Made by a program: the position numbers and the translations under genes. From an uncultured Spirochaetia bacterium (GTDB lineage: Bacteria; Spirochaetota; UBA4802; UBA5368): a stretch of 64,000 nucleotides of DNA. Below, piece by piece: positions 42,252-53,465 of this stretch. The DNA is taken from positions 41,189 to 105,188 of the forward strand of contig CALEGE010000002.1 in the NCBI GenBank assembly GCA_937877025.1, given 5' to 3'. Positions within the stretch are counted from its first letter, which is position 1. Each line of letters starts with the position of its first letter. The notes under the pieces were generated by a model that made no database searches, was not told where the DNA came from, and saw only the letters and a program-made list of their open reading frames with translations.

Positions 42252-43811
42252 TTATATAACGTTGTTTATTTGCAAAAACCTGGTTAATGCGTTCATCGCA
42301 CTGCGCGGAACCTCCCCGTGCGCCATATCAAAGGATGCTTTCAGGATAGATTGCACTAGTTTTGTATCGGAGAGAATTTTCCGCAGTTCTCTCGATGAAA
42401 TACTGTTGGCGCAGGAGGGGGCGTCTGCGAGGATGGAATGTACATACTCCCGTTTGTTAATTCTGCCTGCGCACGATGTATCGATAAAGTTTTTCATGGT
42501 GATGGATGGTACGTGTGATAGTGGCATGCCCCGTGATTGTATGTTGTAAAAATTCGATATCCCGTTGCTTTGCATTGCGCTCTCAAGCGTTTCTTTATAG
42601 TGAACGAACGATTTTCGCGTAAATTTTCCGCACGACCTGAACCCCCCGCTCGATTTCATGACATAATTGAAGTTGCGTGTTTCCCCTGGTTCCGTCCGCG
42701 TGGCATGATAAAGCGCGAACCGGTTTTGGTATGCGGTTCCCCGTGCATAAATTGCGTAATCCGGAAAGCTGAAGTCGAATCCGATGAGCGCACACGATCT
42801 GAAACCGAAACGGAACGCCGCGAATACAGCATCGCCCGCCACAGTCCCCGTGTGCGAATTTATCGTGCCGACGGCCCCGGGAGATAATTCATCAATCACC
42901 TGTGAGAGCGGATGTGTTGTAAGCGAGAGCAGTCCACCCGTAAACGACAAAGGAACGGGGTGCGAAGAAATACTGTAGATGGGCAGCCAGCGCCGGGCTG
43001 GCGATCCAAGGAAATGTTCGGCAATCAACGGCTGCGGGTCAATCGAAACAACAAAATCAGGGGTGATATTCGTCCTTTTGAGAACGGGCAATGCCGAATC
43101 GACGCACAGTATAAAAACGCGGTCTTGAATTTTGGCCAAAGTCTCAACAAAATCATCGAGCGACGGGCCCGATGTAAGGACGACCGCCGGATATTCACGC
43201 ATCGTTGAAAAAAAGGTTTTCACCGGATGCAGAGACTCAAAGCGGGCGATATTGAAAAGTATATTTCTGAAATAGCGTGCGCCAAACGCTTTCACCGTCG
43301 CCCTGTTTGCGGCCTTTTGTGAGAGTACCTTTTCAATTGTTTTTCGTATTTCCGTGTAGTATGCAGGATACGCCCGGACGGATGCAGGATGCTCGATTAC
43401 CTGTATGCCGATACTTTCGTCGAAAGAAATATGGTCGTGCAGAAGCTGTTCTATCTCATCGCCTGATTTGCCCGGGAAAAAAAATATTCGCGGCGTGTGG
43501 AGCAAAAACTGCGTTGAAGGAATTGACGCAATCGCGGTGTCGATGCCGGGATGGATATCGAAGACGAGAATGCGCGCATATTCCGATGCGCGTTCCGCAA
43601 GCGGGATGAGGTGATATCCCAGCCCGGCGCCCAGTATAATCAACGTGTTGTATGTGTCAGGTCGGAGGCGGGATGTGATACTTTCCGCTTCACGCAGGGG
43701 ATTTTTTGCGCTATGAAGGTATACCCTGGCGCCCCCTTCGGAAGTTACCGTAATTGTTGGGGTACCCCCGGAAGTCGGTTCCAGTGTATACGATGTTTCG
43801 CACGGAATCAT
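42252..43811 (-). CDS. Motility-associated factor (Maf/DUF115) flagellin glycosyltransferase-like protein
   Basis: LHSAKNPLREA, GAGLGYH, SGPSLD, PDFVVSIDPQ, LIGFDFSF. Confidence 0.82.
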   Translation of the reverse strand: MIPCETSYTLEPTSGGTPTITVTSEGGARVYLHSAKNPLREAESITSRLRPDTYNTLIILGAGLGYHLIPLAERASEYARILVFDIHPGIDTAIASIPSTQFLLHTPRIFFFPGKSGDEIEQLLHDHISFDESIGIQVIEHPASVRAYPAYYTEIRKTIEKVLSQKAANRATVKAFGARYFRNILFNIARFESLHPVKTFFSTMREYPAVVLTSGPSLDDFVETLAKIQDRVFILCVDSALPVLKRTNITPDFVVSIDPQPLIAEHFLGSPARRWLPIYSISSHPVPLSFTGGLLSLTTHPLSQVIDELSPGAVGTINSHTGTVAGDAVFAAFRFGFRSCALIGFDFSFPDYAIYARGTAYQNRFALYHATRTEPGETRNFNYVMKSSGGFRSCGKFTRKSFVHYKETLESAMQSNGISNFYNIQSRGMPLSHVPSITMKNFIDTSCAGRINKREYVHSILADAPSCANSISSRELRKILSDTKLVQSILKASFDMAHGEVPRSAMNALTRFLQINNVI

Positions 43812-43869
43812 TGTTGGCGTCGGTTGATAACGTTATTTGAACTATTGACGTAATAATAAAAAAGCGCTG

Positions 43870-45402
43870 TCAATTATCAATTAACTTAAATTCCGTGCGG
43901 CGGTTTTGTTCATCATACCCCGGTCCCATTTTCGGGACCTTCGGTTCGCTTTTCCCAGCCCCCCTCACCGTGAAACGTGTTTCATTCAGCCCCTTTTGTA
44001 CGAGGTAGTCTTTAACAGCCTGCGCCCGCTCAAGGCTGAGCCTGGTGTTAAATTCGTCGTTGCCGTGCAGATCGGTATGCCCGGTTATCTCGAACCGGAG
44101 TGACGGATTCTTTTTTAAGTATTCGGCAAGCGTGGCCAGATACGGGAATGATTCGGTCCGAATGACCGATGATTCAAAATCGAAGTATATTGCGTGGATA
44201 TCTATGCGTGCCTCTTTTTCAATGGGCACGAGCTCTATTATGTATGGCGTGTTCAGGTGTTTCTCGATTTCGATCTTTTCCATTACAGGAAAGTATTGCC
44301 TGTGCAAGATTGTGACATCGGCATCCTTTGCTTCCGGAGCGAGCTGGACAACGGCTTCGCCCGTATCATCGGTTTTCTTTTTAATTTCATAGGTGACCGT
44401 TTTTTCGTCAGATTCTTTTATTTTGGTGGATACATTCATTTCCACCGACAGCGGCTTTTTTGTTTTTTTATCGCGAACAACGATTTTAAGCCCGCTTTCT
44501 TCAGCGGCAATCTGCGCCGTATATATGTCGTATAGCCCTGATCCCCCCGGGCGGTTTGAGGAGAAGAACACCTGCGTGTCAATGATAGTAAGGTGCAGCT
44601 CGTTGTATTTTGAATTTATCTGGGGCCCCATGTTTACGGCGGGCCCGTACTTCCCGTTAATGAAAGGGACATAATATATGTCCCAGCCGCCGTATCCGCC
44701 GTCGCGCAGGGACGAAAAGTAGAATCCTTTGCCGTCCGGCGAGGGCATCAATCCGAGATCCTGGGAGTTTGTGTTTATCGGCGCCGGCAATGCCTGAGGA
44801 TGTATAAATTCGCCGTCAGAATATTCGGCCTTCATGATGTACGCCCTGGTGATGTCGCCAAAGGGCCATGTCGTGTAATAAAGCGTCATTAAATCGGCGC
44901 TGAGGCTTGGCGAGCGTTCGTGATGTGCGGTATTGATTGTGCCCGGAAGCCTGATGGGGCGCTCCCACTGGCTGCCGTTGTGTCTGGATACATATAAATC
45001 GTATGAAACACGAATTTGCCCGGTGGGCTCGGCCTGCATTTCAATGCTGCCGTCCCTGTCCGACGAAAAGAAGATATATCCCCCGTCGGGTGTGATAAAG
45101 GGTGTTTCATCATTATACGGCGAGTTGAGCTCGTTAAGCGGCTGAGCCTCGCTCCATGCGCCGTTTGAATAATAGCTTATATAGAGATTCTGATACCGCT
45201 CTCCTCTGCGCTTCGAATTAAATACCATAACCTTCCCGTCGGCGGTGAAGGAGGGCGAGAAATCATCGCCGGGCGTATTTATGGCGAGGCCGATATTGCG
45301 CACGGTCCCCGTCATTTTTACGGGCTGTGAAAATGAGAACGAACATGTCACTGCGGTAATTATGGATACGACAAGAATTGTAAAAAGGGGATATGATTTC
45401 AT
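43870..45402 (-). CDS. OmpA-family protein with PD40 (TolB-like) repeats
   Basis: Repeated INT..D..P.(F/L)..DG...F.S.R units; IYFDFES, GHTD, LSLERAQAV, NRRTEF. Confidence 0.92.
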   Translation of the reverse strand: MKSYPLFTILVVSIITAVTCSFSFSQPVKMTGTVRNIGLAINTPGDDFSPSFTADGKVMVFNSKRRGERYQNLYISYYSNGAWSEAQPLNELNSPYNDETPFITPDGGYIFFSSDRDGSIEMQAEPTGQIRVSYDLYVSRHNGSQWERPIRLPGTINTAHHERSPSLSADLMTLYYTTWPFGDITRAYIMKAEYSDGEFIHPQALPAPINTNSQDLGLMPSPDGKGFYFSSLRDGGYGGWDIYYVPFINGKYGPAVNMGPQINSKYNELHLTIIDTQVFFSSNRPGGSGLYDIYTAQIAAEESGLKIVVRDKKTKKPLSVEMNVSTKIKESDEKTVTYEIKKKTDDTGEAVVQLAPEAKDADVTILHRQYFPVMEKIEIEKHLNTPYIIELVPIEKEARIDIHAIYFDFESSVIRTESFPYLATLAEYLKKNPSLRFEITGHTDLHGNDEFNTRLSLERAQAVKDYLVQKGLNETRFTVRGAGKSEPKVPKMGPGYDEQNRRTEFKLIDN

Positions 45403-45477
45403 TGCTAATTGCCCCCCATATAGAATAAAATGTATATTTATAGATGCTATGAAAAAATATTAAAAGGCAAATAAAAA

Positions 45478-46353
45478 ATGAACACACAGCGCCATGTCGA
45501 TCATTCGCCGATAATCATTGATTCGCATGTGCATATATTCCCTCCGGAGATTATCGCACACCGCGGTCGATATTGTGATGACGGAGCATTCCGTGTGCTG
45601 TATTCATCCCCCGGTGCGCGGATGTGCGATCATGAAATTTTGCTGAAAACCATGGACGAGGCGGGGATTGCGCACGCTGTCGCGCTGGGCTTTCCATGGC
45701 GACGCACGGAGCTTTGCAGGCTGCACAACAGGTACATGCGAGAGGCGGCGCGCGAATCGGGGGGCCGTATCATTCCGTTCGGATCGGTCCCAGTGTGCGA
45801 TGAGCATGCGATTGCTGACGCTGTGCGTGAAATCGTCGATTTAGACCTTGCCGGGATCGGAGAGGTCGCGTGGTATGATAGCGGGATTGACCGGCACTCC
45901 GTGACCGTGTTACACGCGATTTTTTCCGCGGCAGGCGATGTATCGCTTCCCGTGTGCCTGCACGTGAACGAACAGGTGGGGCACAGGTATCCCGGGAAAC
46001 AATCCGCGGATTTTATGCTGCTCTACGAGCTTGTGAAGCGGCACCCCGACGTTGTTATAATTCTTGCGCACTGGGGGGGCGGCATACTTTTTTACGAGCT
46101 TATGAAAGAGGTCAGGGAAGCGTTTAAGAATGTATACTATGACACAGCGGCAACACCGTATCTGTATGATGACGCGATATATTCGATAGCGACAGACATT
46201 GTGGGCGCCGAGAAGATATTATTTGGTTCGGATTATCCGCTTATCAATCCTTTACGATACATCGATACAATACGAGGGATTAATATACACACGAATACGA
46301 AAGAGGCAATTCTCGGGGTAAACGCGCGTAAGGCAATAAAACTGCAAAAATAA
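45478..46353 (+). CDS. Amidohydrolase_2-family protein
   Basis: IIDSHVH, GIGE, ILAHWGGG, YYDTAA, ILFGSDYP. Confidence 0.9.
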   Translation: MNTQRHVDHSPIIIDSHVHIFPPEIIAHRGRYCDDGAFRVLYSSPGARMCDHEILLKTMDEAGIAHAVALGFPWRRTELCRLHNRYMREAARESGGRIIPFGSVPVCDEHAIADAVREIVDLDLAGIGEVAWYDSGIDRHSVTVLHAIFSAAGDVSLPVCLHVNEQVGHRYPGKQSADFMLLYELVKRHPDVVIILAHWGGGILFYELMKEVREAFKNVYYDTAATPYLYDDAIYSIATDIVGAEKILFGSDYPLINPLRYIDTIRGINIHTNTKEAILGVNARKAIKLQK

Positions 46354-46445
46354 ACAGTGAAGGGGTGAACACTGCAACAATCCGCAGGGAGCAGAATCGG
46401 CAATTGCGCCGGATGCACCGGTACGATTGCCGATCGCGTATCTGA

Positions 46446-46727
46446 TTATTTCTGAATACCTTCCATTTTCTGAAGCCGGATCTCACCGACTTTCGCTTTC
46501 AGGGCGGGATCGGTCTCGACCTTCTGGGCGAAATCTTCGAACTGTTTGAGCGTATAGTTATATTTCTTCGTCACTGCCTCCTTTGATTCTGGCGTCAGAT
46601 CCGTAGAAAGTATTTCATTTTCGATTTTTAGAAAATCCTCGGGCGTCATATCTCTGGATGCGGGTTTACACGAAACGACGAGTGCGGAACACAGCATAAT
46701 CGCGATGAATACTTTAAGGTAATTCAT
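46446..46727 (-). CDS. Small lipoprotein, unknown function
   Basis: Lipobox-like LVVSC after hydrophobic stretch; G-rich RBS. Confidence 0.75.
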   Translation of the reverse strand: MNYLKVFIAIMLCSALVVSCKPASRDMTPEDFLKIENEILSTDLTPESKEAVTKKYNYTLKQFEDFAQKVETDPALKAKVGEIRLQKMEGIQK

Positions 46728-46832
46728 AATCCCCCCCTGGATAAATTTTTTGTCTCACATCTGCATGAAACTTTTTTGTACGCGCGGCAGACACGCCGCA
46801 TTAAATCGCGGTAATTCATTATTTGCAATCAA

Positions 46833-46862
46833 AGAATACTTCATTTTTTTCAAAAATGTCAA
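46833..46862 (-). promoter_or_regulatory. Putative sigma70 promoter for the lipoprotein gene
   Basis: Minus strand TTGACA-18 bp-TATTCT. Confidence 0.55.
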
Positions 46863-47059
46863 GAATATTTCACGTGCGGCGTGGCGCCTTTCGCTCCTGT
46901 TACATGAAGGGGATTTATTCATTTGATATTATTGATATGCCGTGGTAATAAACAGGAAGGGATAAATTATTGTTGCAAAAATATTTTTCCCTTTTGGAAT
47001 TCGGCGTGTGGCGGAATGCAACCGCAATGTGGCGGATACTGTGGAGGAAAACAACTGCG

Positions 47060-48355
47060 ATGATCAAGATACGGAAACTCAAAGAACTCGATGCGCGGGA
47101 GATGGATGGCTTGTTGAACCGTTTTGGCGATGATTTCAGCGCAATTATGATCAATTCTGTCGTGCCAATCGTGAATGATGTGAGAGCCAACAGGGATGAG
47201 GCCGTCATTCGGTATACCGAAAAGTTCGACGGAATTCGGTTGCAATCCCTGTGTGCGACGGAAAAGGAAATAGAAGACGCGTATGCCAGAATTCCCCGGG
47301 AGGTAATCGACGCGTTTACCAGGGCGAAAGAAAATATCGAAGAATTTCACAGGCATCAAAAGCGGGACAATATCATCTATACGCGTGATGACGGCACGAC
47401 ACTTGGCATTCAGTACGAGCCTATCGAAAACGTTGCGATATATGTGCCCGGAGGCAAGGCGGCGTATCCTTCTTCGGTGCTTATGGGCGCGATACCCGCC
47501 ATAATTGCCGGCGCAAAAGAAATAACCGTAATAACGCCGCCTGATAAACGGGGAAGCGTTCCCGATTCAGTTCTGGTGGTCTGCCGCATTCTCGGGTTGC
47601 GGAGTATTTTGAAATCGGGCGGCGCACAGGGTATTGCCGCGGCCGGATTCGGGACCGAAAGCGTTAAAAAAGCTGATATCATCGTGGGACCGGGAAATAT
47701 TTATGTGACTGCCGCAAAGACATACCTTTTCAGCCTCGGGGTGATTCAGATCGATTCAATGGCCGGCCCGAGCGAGGTGCTGGTCATCGCGGATGAAAAT
47801 GCCGATCCGCGATGGGTTGCGTTTGACCTTTTGTCGCAGGCGGAGCATGAAGAGCGTGCACTGGCCGTACTGGTTACGACATCCGAAACGCTCGCGAATT
47901 CCGTTAAAGAGGAAATCGAAAAGGACATAAAGAGCGGATCGGGCCGGCACGAGATCAAGAAGCAGGCGCTCAAGAACAGCTGCATTCTGCTGGTAGATAC
48001 AATCGAAGAGGCGATTCAGTTTTCCAACCAGTACGGGCCGGAACATATGGAGTTTATCGTAAACAATCCGCTTGAATATCTTTCAAGGATACGCAATGTG
48101 GGCTCCCTTTTTCTCGGCGCGTACGCGCCGGTTGCGGTCGGCGATTATTATTCGGGGACGAACCATGTGCTGCCGACAGGCGGCGCCGCGCGTTTTTCTT
48201 CCGGGACGGGTGTCGATACCTTTCTCCGCCGCACGACATTTCAGCTGTTGACCCGCGATGCGCTGAACGCGGCCCGCGGGCCCGTGACCGTCATGTCGAA
48301 GGTCGAGGGTTTCGATGACAAGCACGGCGGATCGGTAAACGTGCGGTTCGAATAA
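47060..48355 (+). CDS. hisD: Histidinol dehydrogenase
   Basis: YVPGGKAAYPSSVLM, GPGNIYV, AGPSE, SQAEH, PEH, GDYYSGTNHVLPT; GGAGG RBS. Confidence 0.96.
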   Translation: MIKIRKLKELDAREMDGLLNRFGDDFSAIMINSVVPIVNDVRANRDEAVIRYTEKFDGIRLQSLCATEKEIEDAYARIPREVIDAFTRAKENIEEFHRHQKRDNIIYTRDDGTTLGIQYEPIENVAIYVPGGKAAYPSSVLMGAIPAIIAGAKEITVITPPDKRGSVPDSVLVVCRILGLRSILKSGGAQGIAAAGFGTESVKKADIIVGPGNIYVTAAKTYLFSLGVIQIDSMAGPSEVLVIADENADPRWVAFDLLSQAEHEERALAVLVTTSETLANSVKEEIEKDIKSGSGRHEIKKQALKNSCILLVDTIEEAIQFSNQYGPEHMEFIVNNPLEYLSRIRNVGSLFLGAYAPVAVGDYYSGTNHVLPTGGAARFSSGTGVDTFLRRTTFQLLTRDALNAARGPVTVMSKVEGFDDKHGGSVNVRFE

Positions 48356-48539
48356 GCGCCGCGTTTTTTTTGCAAAGGCAATCCTGATTGTCATACCGGT
48401 GCCCGGCGCAGTAATGCCGGGCAAAAATTATAAAATGTATATAATAATGGAACGCGTCAAATTGTCGTTGACGGCATGTCGTGCGTCAACGAATGTAATA
48501 CGGTAATACATATTATAACGTGATGCGGGAGGGCGCGGC

Positions 48540-50732
48540 ATGGAAGCAGCGATAAAAAAAACCTACCACTCAATTAAGATTGGGCCAATGATCGCATTTA
48601 GCGTTTGCGCGATAATGATGGGAGTTTCTCCGGCTATTGTTAGCGACAGCGCGAAACTGAAAACGGTCATGGTCGCCCCGCCGCTTATGGTCTGCGCGAT
48701 GATTATACTCTATACCAGTGTTCACGCGTTTCTATTGCGGCGGTATAAAGCGATATTCAGCGGGAATTTTAGCGCGGAACGGTTCACTGACGATCTTCAA
48801 TCGAAAATGCGAGCACATCCAAGAATCCTCTATATTCTGAATCTCACACTCTTTTTGAGCACTCCCATTGCCTATGCAATTATTCAATATGCGCGTAATA
48901 TCCCGCCAGACCTCGGCAGCACCGCGGCGACGACATTCTGTGCCCTCGGCCTGGCCATTATATCCGGCAATTATCAATATATTCACATTGGATGCAAGCA
49001 TCATGTCGTTGCCGATCATAGGGGTTTCAGTCTGGATAAAGTAAAACTCAAGTATAAGATTATGCTGCCGGTGATAAGCGTCATTACGTTTCTCATCATT
49101 GTACTGCTGCTTTTTTCATACCGTTACACACGAGAAATGTATTATCCCGTAGCGTCGTATGGTCATCTCAATGAATTGAAGTGGAAAATTGAGCGGCTGC
49201 GTTCGTCTGTGACAGATGGAAATGATGGGGAAGCAAACGCGTTTTATGTACGTGAAATACGGCGGGACGATGTCCTGAACAAGGGGATGTATCTGATCAT
49301 TGACGGTACTGCCCGCGTTGTCGATTCAAACAGCAGCGTCATCGTGGGTAAAAACGCGCTCGTGGAAATTGAAACCGACTGGAAAAAGACCGATCATTTT
49401 GAAAATTCAATTCGCGACGTACTGCGCAACGGCGAAGGGATTACAAACTTTTATCTGAATAGCATAGTCTACTATGCCTCGTATTGCGCGATTCCGGGCA
49501 CAGACCTGCATATCATCCGCGCTGTTGAATCGAGGGCCCTGTGGAAAAATATAAATTCGCTGGTCTATTTCATCGTGGGAATTGGATGGGTGTTCCTTAT
49601 TTTCGTTACCCTGTTCATGCTTTTTGCCGCGGGGAAACGCTTTACGCCTCTTGTCGAGCTGACCACGACGCTTGATCAGGTGTCCAATGGGTATCTCATG
49701 TCTGATATTATTAAAAATTTAAAAAAATACGATGATGGCGATGAAATCAGCCACATGAATATATCTCTAAATAAGATGATCAAGTCGCTCAGGTGGTTCG
49801 GCAGAAAGGTGAAACAGGGGGCCGCCGATCTCAGTGATGTTGCCGGGGTGCTGCAGTCGAACAGTAAAAAAGTAACGTTCGAATCGCAGAATCAGGCGAC
49901 CACGATAGAGGAATTTTCCTCGTCCGTAGAGGAAATTTCATCCTCTATCGAGATGCTTTCGAAAAATTTCAGGCTTCAGCTCAACAAAACGGAAGCGGTC
50001 TTCGCGACGGTCGACGGGTACCTGAAGTCCATGAACGAAATTTCCGGAAGCTCCGCCCGCGCGAGGGAAATAGCGCGCGTTACGTTCGACGCCGCCTCTC
50101 GGATTGAAACAGATATGGGTGTTACCGTTGCGGAGATTCATGCCGTTGAGGAAAGCTCTATAAAAGTCGCTGATACGCTTGGCGTGATTACGGACATATC
50201 AGACCAGATTAATCTGCTCGCGCTGAACGCCTCTATTGAGGCCGCTCGGGCCGGCGACGCGGGCAGGGGGTTTGCCGTTGTCGCCGAGGAGATTGGAAAG
50301 CTTGCCGACAGAACGAGCACTGAAACAAAAATGATCGACAGACTTATTACTGAAAGCGGCGACAAGATTCAAAAAGGCATATTGCACATCAGGCAGATAT
50401 CCGATTCGTTCAGGGACATGTATGCGCAGGTGCGGAACACATCGACGATAATAGAGCATATCGCCGACCTTGCAAAGGCGTTCCTTGAAAAAACCGAGCA
50501 GGTTTTCGCGGACGTCAATGATCTGAAGAACATCTCGAATGAAAATTCCATCGCCGCCGATGAGCAATCGCGTGCAACCCTCGAGATAATGACGGCGATT
50601 GACACCATGAATCAGGCAGTCCAGAGGACGGTGGACAGTATAAGCGAGTTTGACACGATTACGGAGAAGCTGTACAATCATTCCACGGGGCTTGTTGGAA
50701 TTGTCGCGGGGATCAAAACCGAGTCGGCATAG
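48540..50732 (+). CDS. Methyl-accepting chemotaxis protein
   Basis: TM helices, Cache-like region, [41 protein letters not shown]. Confidence 0.95.
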   Translation: MEAAIKKTYHSIKIGPMIAFSVCAIMMGVSPAIVSDSAKLKTVMVAPPLMVCAMIILYTSVHAFLLRRYKAIFSGNFSAERFTDDLQSKMRAHPRILYILNLTLFLSTPIAYAIIQYARNIPPDLGSTAATTFCALGLAIISGNYQYIHIGCKHHVVADHRGFSLDKVKLKYKIMLPVISVITFLIIVLLLFSYRYTREMYYPVASYGHLNELKWKIERLRSSVTDGNDGEANAFYVREIRRDDVLNKGMYLIIDGTARVVDSNSSVIVGKNALVEIETDWKKTDHFENSIRDVLRNGEGITNFYLNSIVYYASYCAIPGTDLHIIRAVESRALWKNINSLVYFIVGIGWVFLIFVTLFMLFAAGKRFTPLVELTTTLDQVSNGYLMSDIIKNLKKYDDGDEISHMNISLNKMIKSLRWFGRKVKQGAADLSDVAGVLQSNSKKVTFESQNQATTIEEFSSSVEEISSSIEMLSKNFRLQLNKTEAVFATVDGYLKSMNEISGSSARAREIARVTFDAASRIETDMGVTVAEIHAVEESSIKVADTLGVITDISDQINLLALNASIEAARAGDAGRGFAVVAEEIGKLADRTSTETKMIDRLITESGDKIQKGILHIRQISDSFRDMYAQVRNTSTIIEHIADLAKAFLEKTEQVFADVNDLKNISNENSIAADEQSRATLEIMTAIDTMNQAVQRTVDSISEFDTITEKLYNHSTGLVGIVAGIKTESA

Positions 50733-50774
50733 ATTTCGGTTTATTGCCGCCGGGCCCTGGAAATGGTCGCCTCT

Positions 50775-51467
50775 TTATGCGGAGGTGCCGCTTGTTTTTC
50801 CGATTATCGATATCTTTATTCGAAGTGTTTTCATCGTAAACGAGGTGAACCTGTCGGGCCGTGACTTCAGCAGATCGATTTCGACGATTCTTCCGTGCTC
50901 CACGGGGGGCGGAACAGTAATTTCGAGCATTGTTGTACTTGTGATTCTGCCCACGCCGTGGCACAGGTGGCATTCCGGCTGCTCTCCGTAACAGACGGGG
51001 CAGGCGATACGGGATGGCAGATCGATACAGGCCGCGAATCCGCTTCTGGATTCGCCCGGTGTTATAAAGATCTCTATATCCTGGCCGAATTTGTATATTC
51101 GTTCGCGGTGACGAATCTTTTTGTTCAGCATGCGTGTTTTTAGAAGCTCACTGAGCGACATGGAGTATTTTACCCTCTTTTTCGGGATGATACGGTATCC
51201 GGAAGGACTGAACTGTTTTCCGGAAAAAAGCACCCTGTCGTACTCTCCCCGCGTTGCGTCATCGATGAGTATCTTGTATCCCTTGATGATGAGATCGGCC
51301 TTTTTTCGACCTTCAACCGTGTTTTCGCCGGAGATGTCCGGATGGTAATGTTTAATCAGGCGATAAAACGAAGAGCGGATATCTTCTTTGGCGGCATCCG
51401 AAGGGATGTTGAGAACATCGTAATAATTAATAATGTTGCCGTCTTCGTCGTGAAATAAGACGTTCAT
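50775..51467 (-). CDS. DnaJ-domain protein with short zinc finger
   Basis: NYYDVL...YHPD J-domain; CPVCYG...CHLCHGVG. Confidence 0.85.
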   Translation of the reverse strand: MNVLFHDEDGNIINYYDVLNIPSDAAKEDIRSSFYRLIKHYHPDISGENTVEGRKKADLIIKGYKILIDDATRGEYDRVLFSGKQFSPSGYRIIPKKRVKYSMSLSELLKTRMLNKKIRHRERIYKFGQDIEIFITPGESRSGFAACIDLPSRIACPVCYGEQPECHLCHGVGRITSTTMLEITVPPPVEHGRIVEIDLLKSRPDRFTSFTMKTLRIKISIIGKTSGTSA

Positions 51468-51627
51468 GGGATAACTACCGCAAGCATGTAATGAAAAACA
51501 GTTGTACAATACAATAGTAAAGTACTACATGCGAAAAAACAATACGAAGCAAATGATGGGAACATTTCAAAATGGGCCATATGCCATGCTCATCATGGCC
51601 GTATGCTAATACAGGCAGAGTATCGAT

Positions 51628-52326
51628 ATGACGTCAAATACAAAAAAGGGATTGATTCTGTGCCAGCCCGACGGTCGGCGGGGATGCAGCGCATGCTGCG
51701 GCCTGTTTAATCTGCCCGATATCTCCCGCAGCGCGCTGGCCGGATTCCTTACGGGCGGATGTCAAAGGGCGGCATGCGGTATCAGCGGGGGAGAATATGC
51801 AGCGCACCAGGGTGGCGCGCAGTGCATCAGGGACGGCACAGCCCACGTTTGCCCGTTTCAGGGATTTCTTGATGATGGCGCAAAACCGGGCTGCCTGCTG
51901 CACCCGCTGCACGCCGGAGACGATTACAGAGACAGGTCCCTGTATGGCGCTGTCATCTGCGAGGATTTTTTCTGCCCCGCCCATGTGCTGCTTGACGATG
52001 ACCGAAAGCGCATGCTGCTTGAGTGTGTGAAAGACTGGTACGCCTATTCAATAGCTATTATTGATCCTGCATCGTTCATCTGGATTTATGACAAAGCGAA
52101 AGGACGCGCCCCGGAGCGGATGTACACGCACACCACCTTTTCCAGGGCCGTTACGGGAGCGCTGCTATGCCACGCGGAATTTCTTAACAGGGGGGGCGTT
52201 CCAGTGTTTCATTATTCTGTGTCCGAATACAATCTCCACAAGCATGCCTTTTCTCTTGCGGTGGATTCCGATGCGCGCGCGGCTGAACAATCCGCGGTGT
52301 TAGCCGAGCTTGAGAGGCTACTTTGA
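51628..52326 (+). CDS. Cysteine-rich hypothetical protein (possible metal-cluster binding)
   Basis: CQPD..GCSACCG, CPF, GCLLHP, CEDFFCP. Confidence 0.7.
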   Translation: MTSNTKKGLILCQPDGRRGCSACCGLFNLPDISRSALAGFLTGGCQRAACGISGGEYAAHQGGAQCIRDGTAHVCPFQGFLDDGAKPGCLLHPLHAGDDYRDRSLYGAVICEDFFCPAHVLLDDDRKRMLLECVKDWYAYSIAIIDPASFIWIYDKAKGRAPERMYTHTTFSRAVTGALLCHAEFLNRGGVPVFHYSVSEYNLHKHAFSLAVDSDARAAEQSAVLAELERLL

Positions 52327-53394
52327 TGAATTGGCTTTCTTTACGATTGCGACAACGTCGCGCACCTTCTGCGAGCTGTTTTTATCCATCACGAGGATGT
52401 CGTTTCCGGATTCCACAACCACGATATTCGAAAGACCGACAAGCGCGATTCTCTTACTCTCCGAGAAAACCGAGCAATTCTTTGAATCCACAAGTATAAC
52501 CCGCTCCCTCTCAGGGCTTCGGTTCATGTTCTCGTCGGGGTTCAGAATATCGTCAATAGAGTTCCACGAGCCGAGGTCGGCCCATCCAAAGCTGCCGGGG
52601 ATCACAACGCGTTTTTCCGCCTTTTCCATGATTCCGTAATCGATGGATACGGATTCGAGGGCTGCAAATATGTCTGATTTTACTTTCCAGACGGTTTCGT
52701 CATTGGATTCTATATCGTTCGCACTCATCGCCCGTAATGGCGCGAATGCCGCATAATGCGCCGGCATTAGTTTCTTGAAATTTTCGAGGATGGCGGATGT
52801 TTTCCACACGAAAATACCGCTGTTCCAGAAATAGTTGCCGTCGATGATGTATCGCTTTGCCGTTTCCAGGGTTGGTTTCTCCACAAACATATCCACCGGC
52901 AGCGCGCGGCCCTCGCCCTCAATTGCCTTGATGTACCCGTATCCGGTTTCCGGATATGTGGGCGTTATCCCGATAGTAACAAGGTTGTTTTCTTTCGCCT
53001 GAGCAACGGCGGTTGTGAGGATGTCGATAAATTCTTTTTTTTGCCGTATGTAATGATCGGCCGGAAGAACGATCATTATGGAGTCGTTGTACGCGGAGGC
53101 AAGGAATGTGGCGGCGTACAAGACGGCGGCGGCCGTGTTTTTCGGTGCGGGCTCGGCAAGTATTTTCCCTGGGATCTGCGTTTTTCTTATTTCCTGAAGC
53201 GAGGCTGACTCGTATTTTCTTGACGCGACGATCAGGCACATGTCCGGATGAAGGGGATTAAGCCGTGAAATTGTCTGCTCGAGCAGAGTGCCTTCCCCGG
53301 AAAGATTATGAAACTGTTTTGGTTTGTCCTCTCTGCTGAGGGGCCATAAGCGCGTTCCCGCGCCGCCGGCGAGTATTACCGGTATTATCTCCAT
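52318..53394 (-). CDS. manC: Mannose-1-phosphate guanylyltransferase
   Basis: LAGGAGTRLWPLSR..PKQF, PADH, ETGYGYI, FVEKP, WNSG, SIDYGIME, WADLGSW. Confidence 0.93.
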   Translation of the reverse strand: MEIIPVILAGGAGTRLWPLSREDKPKQFHNLSGEGTLLEQTISRLNPLHPDMCLIVASRKYESASLQEIRKTQIPGKILAEPAPKNTAAAVLYAATFLASAYNDSIMIVLPADHYIRQKKEFIDILTTAVAQAKENNLVTIGITPTYPETGYGYIKAIEGEGRALPVDMFVEKPTLETAKRYIIDGNYFWNSGIFVWKTSAILENFKKLMPAHYAAFAPLRAMSANDIESNDETVWKVKSDIFAALESVSIDYGIMEKAEKRVVIPGSFGWADLGSWNSIDDILNPDENMNRSPERERVILVDSKNCSVFSESKRIALVGLSNIVVVESGNDILVMDKNSSQKVRDVVAIVKKANSSK

Positions 53395-53465
53395 TGTAGT
53401 TCTCTTCCCTTTGTAATAAAATGTAATAAAATTTTGCGCTGTAAAATAATATGCTGTTACTGCAT

